From contig JBHGNT010000006.1 in NCBI GenBank assembly GCA_043228905.1, positions 18,476,001-18,540,000 of the forward strand: DNA of 64,000 bases. The letters are read 5' to 3'. This document shows, one piece after another, positions 60,074 through 64,000 of the stretch; the first letter of the stretch is position 1; every line of letters starts with the position of its first letter. Source of the stretch: Azolla caroliniana (lineage: Eukaryota > Plantae > Polypodiophyta). Below the pieces are notes generated by a model. That model did no database searches. It saw nothing but the letters and a program-made list of their open reading frames with translations, and was not told the DNA's origin. The position numbers were made by a program, and so were the translations under genes.

Positions 60074-63000
60074 TGTCGTAGTGTATTTTGTACACTACGT
60101 GAAAAACGTATATAGTATTAGATTCAATAAAAAATGAAGAAATAGAAGAAAATAGCAAAATAAATGGAACATGCATAGGGCAAGATTTGAACCTTGCACC
60201 TCCATGTTAATAATGTAATGTCTTACCATTACACTAGCATTTCATTAGTGTTAAAGCATAGATGTCCCACATAGAAAGGTAAATTCACGCTAGGATAAAC
60301 ATTAGAAAAACGCATAACAAAAGAAAAAGCTACACATACACATCTAGCGTGCATGATAAAAAACGCACAAGTTAGAAAAAAGCATGATCACTTTAGATAA
60401 AGCATATAGTCTATCTATAGGAAAAGCATGGGGTCTATAGTTAGAGAAAAAGCATGGATTACTAAGACTTCCTCATCACTACATAAGGATGGGAAGCACA
60501 ATGTAATTGTGTGTGAAAAATATTTGGAAACTGGATATGTTTCTAAAAAACACCAATTAATAAACTATACTCGTGGGATTCACGAGAATTCTATATCATT
60601 CTCTTTCAACCGAAGTTTATATTCTTATATTCATATTGATTAATCTAATACAATACACTCGTGGGATTCACGAGTTTGCTATAACTCTTTCTTACAACAT
60701 ATTTATATTCTTATTAGCCTTAAAACTCTCCTCTTCCTAGTCCAAAACCCCAGCGGTTCCCACCCGACTCACGCAACGATCCGGAGCCGAAAGGCACGAC
60801 ACAGTTGGTGAACCCGACGTCAAGGCGGGTGGCAAGGAGATGGAGAATCAACAAGAGGCGATGAGCATAACGATGATGATGATGTTCGAGCGGATGCTAC
60901 AAGAACAACGAGTGATGTCGGAGATCACGGGGGCAGTAAAGCGGCTCGTACAACGAAACGGACAATTCAACGGAAACGATGTGTCACGCTATCTACGTGA
61001 CTACAAGGCGGAGATGATACGATGTGGGATACCGGAAGGATTGCAAGTGACATCCTTCAATCGGGTGGCCACGGATGAGCTACAAGAGAGAATCCACAAG
61101 ATACGGCAACAAAACTCGACATGGGGGTCATTTGAAGAAGCTTTACGGGAGGCATATGACTATGAGAGATGGACGGGACGAGATCGACGAGAATTCGACG
61201 AATGGGTGGCGTCGGAGAAGACTCACCGAAGTGCAACGCAAGCGTTCCTAGAGTTCGAGCATCGTTTTGCTCGACTCTCGGAGCGGGAACGAAGATTGGT
61301 GGGAGGAGATAAAGTCTTAATGTTCGTAAGATCGATCGATCGGAAAGAAAGGATGGACATTGGGATCGAACTCGAAGATGATGACGGTGCGAACGGCCTT
61401 ACCGAGGATTGGGCTAAAGTCGAAAGGGTATGCCGAAGACATGATGAAAGGAAGCTGAGAATCTCGTCAACAACGACATGGCCCATGAAGGATGGTCGAT
61501 TGAGGAAAAATGATGAAGCCAATATGAAGGCCGAAATACAACATGATGGTACCACGGGAGAAAGAGTGGAACAAGACACCCACTCGTCTTGTGAAAGAAC
61601 GATGGCGAAGGATAAGGCCGATAATTCAAGTGTAGAAGGAAATTTCGGGATACAAGTGCCCGAGACATCGGGTCAAAAAGGGGTAAGCATAATAGATGTT
61701 TGCATAATTGATGCAGATAAAGAGTGTGAAGCGGATGTGATTAAGGAGGTAGCCACAAAAGACGAAATCGAATCGGAGGTGGCTATGGACGAATCAATGG
61801 CGGATTGCCATATCGAGACTTCCCCACCACTGATTCCAGAGACTCCGGCGGTTGCGATCGAAAGGCAACGTGAGACCGAAGAGACGGAAGGTGGCGGAGA
61901 GAAAACGAATGTCGAAGCCGACGAATATGATGAAGAAATAGCCGAGAAGAATGCTAAGGGTGAAACTACGAAAGAAGGTAATACCGAGGATTCATGCCAA
62001 CAATATCTAGAGACTTCGGCGGTTGTGTCCGAGAACCAACGTGAGACCGGAGAGACGGGAGATGGCGGCGAGGAAGGTAAAGTCGGAAGTCGGTTCGGAT
62101 GGAAAATGATTCATCCGAAATTCCAATCTAAAAGAAAGTGCGACAATGCGGAGGTCGGGTCTACGACGGGAGAAGCGCGTAATACAGAGCACGCTCTACG
62201 GCGAATAAAGAAATGCGTGTTATGGCGAATAAAGAAGCACGCGCTACGGCGAGAAAAGAAGCATGCATTACAACCACACGAGGACCGAACAACGAGCACA
62301 TATCGGAGGACCTACGTAGAGAACAACGGAAAGAAGTGCCGAAAGTCGAACCGGACAAGGCAGGTGAAAACGAAGAAAAGAAAGCAAATCCGGACGAAAA
62401 GAAAAGAAAAGAAACCGACCCGAAAGAGCACTGAATCGGTAAAAACTGATCAACCGAGTCCGGATCGACCGAATACAAATCGGAAAGGAAGCCGAACTAA
62501 ACGAAAGACGATCCGACGAGACCGAATTGGAAGTAAGCTAATCCGACTAAACCGAAAATCCGAAAAGAAGTCGAGATTGATGAAGAAAAGAAAGAGGGCA
62601 AGAAAAGATACTACCGCGGATGACAAGGACCAAGCGGGCCATGCAAAAAGCGAACGAAGACTATGGTGGATCGGATGGCGACAATGGTTCGGGTGGAAAG
62701 AATGGGTCTACTCAAAATGGAGAGACAAAGTTGACATAGCGGGACAAACGGAGGATGAAGGAGGAGACTAACAAACACCAACAACTTCGGCACATACCGG
62801 AGGATGTGCGGGTTTGGAGGGGGTGAGTGTCGTAGTGTATTTTGTACACTACGTGAAAAACGTATATAGTATTAGATTCAATAAAAAATGAAGAAATAGA
62901 AGAAAATAGCAAAATAAATGGAACATGCATAGGGCAAGATTCGAACCTTGCACCTCCATGTTAATAATGTAATGTCTTACCATTACACTAGCATTTCATT

Positions 63001-63555
63001 AGTGTTAAAGCATAGATGTCCCACATAGAAAGGTAAATTCACGCTAGGATAAACATTAGAAAAACGCATAACAAAAGAAAAAGCTACACATACACATCTA
63101 GCGTGCATGATAAAAAACGCACAAGTTAGAAAAAAGCATGATCACTTTAGATAAAGCATATAGTCTATCTATAGGAAAAGCATGGGGTCTATAGTTAGAG
63201 AAAAAGCATGGATTACTAAGACTTCCTCATCACTACATAAGGATGGGAAGCACAATGTAATTGTGTGTGAAAAATATTTGGAAACTGGATATGTTTCTAA
63301 AAAACACCAATTAATAAACTATACTCGTGGGATTCACGAGAATTCTATATCATTCCCTTTCAACCGAAGTTTATATTCTTATATTCATATTGATTAATCT
63401 AATACAATACACTCGTGGGATTCACGAGTTTGCTATAACTCTTTCTTACAACATATTTATATTCTTATTAGCCTTAAAACTCTCCTCTTCCTAGTCCAAA
63501 ACCCCAGCGGTTCCCACCCGACTCACGCAACGATCCGGAGCCGAAAGGCACGACA
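60074..63555 (+). mobile_element. Young non-autonomous gag-only LTR element S1
   Basis: 728-bp LTRs 60074-60801 and 62828-63555 (I see 2 differences); 4-bp TSD ACGC; PBS TGGTGAACCCGACGT 60806-60820; PPT 62816-62827; single ORF, no pol. Confidence 0.97.
60840..62771 (+). CDS. Capsid-like Gag fused to an acidic, then basic, then Trp-rich tail (643 aa, intact)
   Basis: The first ~200 aa align by eye with element H gag (G.F.G.D...YL..Y.AEM; TW..FE..L.E.Y; F.EWV.S; VL.FV.S.D; LT.DWA.V.R.C). No zinc knuckle or protease motif. Confidence 0.92.
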   Translation: MENQQEAMSITMMMMFERMLQEQRVMSEITGAVKRLVQRNGQFNGNDVSRYLRDYKAEMIRCGIPEGLQVTSFNRVATDELQERIHKIRQQNSTWGSFEEALREAYDYERWTGRDRREFDEWVASEKTHRSATQAFLEFEHRFARLSERERRLVGGDKVLMFVRSIDRKERMDIGIELEDDDGANGLTEDWAKVERVCRRHDERKLRISSTTTWPMKDGRLRKNDEANMKAEIQHDGTTGERVEQDTHSSCERTMAKDKADNSSVEGNFGIQVPETSGQKGVSIIDVCIIDADKECEADVIKEVATKDEIESEVAMDESMADCHIETSPPLIPETPAVAIERQRETEETEGGGEKTNVEADEYDEEIAEKNAKGETTKEGNTEDSCQQYLETSAVVSENQRETGETGDGGEEGKVGSRFGWKMIHPKFQSKRKCDNAEVGSTTGEARNTEHALRRIKKCVLWRIKKHALRREKKHALQPHEDRTTSTYRRTYVENNGKKCRKSNRTRQVKTKKRKQIRTKRKEKKPTRKSTESVKTDQPSPDRPNTNRKGSRTKRKTIRRDRIGSKLIRLNRKSEKKSRLMKKRKRARKDTTADDKDQAGHAKSERRLWWIGWRQWFGWKEWVYSKWRDKVDIAGQTEDEGGD

Positions 63556-64000
63556 ACGCTGAAGTGCGCCCATGGTTAGCCATGAACTTGATTTTTCCAT
63601 TTCCCGAACTCGGTCGATCACTTGATCTATGCTACTGGTGTGGAAATCAATGACGGTGCACACTGTTCGGAAGGGTTCCCGGAGTGTTGCTAAGAATATG
63701 GCCTTTGTTTCTTCCTCCGGTGGTGCCCGGCTGAGCTGATTGTGTATCTGCTGGAATCGCATGATAAACTGTTGAAGTTCTCCGTTGGTTCCTGCCGAAT
63801 AATGTAAAATAGGCCTACCATTTCCTGTTGTTCCATCTCCTTGTGAAAGAAATGCAAGAATTTGTTCTTTAATGCTTCAAACGTGGGGATGGTGCTGGGA
63901 TCTTGTGTTTGGTGCCATCTAGCGGCCGGTCCCTCCTGGGTCATGCCGAACTCTGCCATTTTTTAGCATTCCTCTTCGGCCGCATTTAAGCGTTGGGACA

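Larger units (their letters stand above)
39844..64000 (-). mobile_element. Large decayed Athila/Tat-like Ty3/gypsy host with an extra 3' ORF; runs off the right edge; carries three nested insertions
   Basis: Gag 63556-64000; zinc knuckle CTTCLNDGHSVLEC in 59926-60073; PR LGRPWL; RT-RH 50774-52279 (FLDGFSGYNQI, VFLDDF, FVDAS); INT 49815-50885. Putative 3' LTR starts TGTAAAG at 39844 and resumes after 45463; its inner edge is not resolved. Confidence 0.75.

Overview
Eukaryotic, plant-type DNA. A non-seed plant such as a fern is my inference from the retroelement repertoire; this is not proven. About 85% of the window is a nest of LTR retrotransposons. Ty1/copia: six copies or large remnants plus a tail fragment, one young copy with an intact gag-pol ORF at 40020-45458. 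Ty3/gypsy: two decayed non-chromovirus hosts, one with an extra RNase H and one with a long extra ORF, plus a chromovirus 3' remnant. There is also a decayed LINE. The only host gene is a six-exon, 261-aa sirtuin on the minus strand (12086-17230), which looks prokaryote-like (class U/CobB) rather than like plant SRT1/SRT2. The most striking signal is a helper/satellite retrotransposon system. A near-intact gypsy element (52911-59925) is primed by tRNA-Trp and joins gag-protease to pol through a -1 frameshift signal (G_GAU_UUU plus pseudoknot). Two pol-less, capsid-only elements (60074-63555, young and intact; 30089-33773, decayed) have otherwise dissimilar LTRs. They share with the helper the Trp PBS, TGTCG..CGACA ends, a U5 motif, a covarying pre-PPT hairpin and 4-bp target duplications at C|ACG(T/C). 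The satellites encode a capsid fused to a long charged tail with a conserved Trp/GW motif. They also carry an antisense tRNA-like A/B-box module in U3, a feature seen in two other, unrelated LTR families here. Coordinates were counted by eye and no database searches were run.
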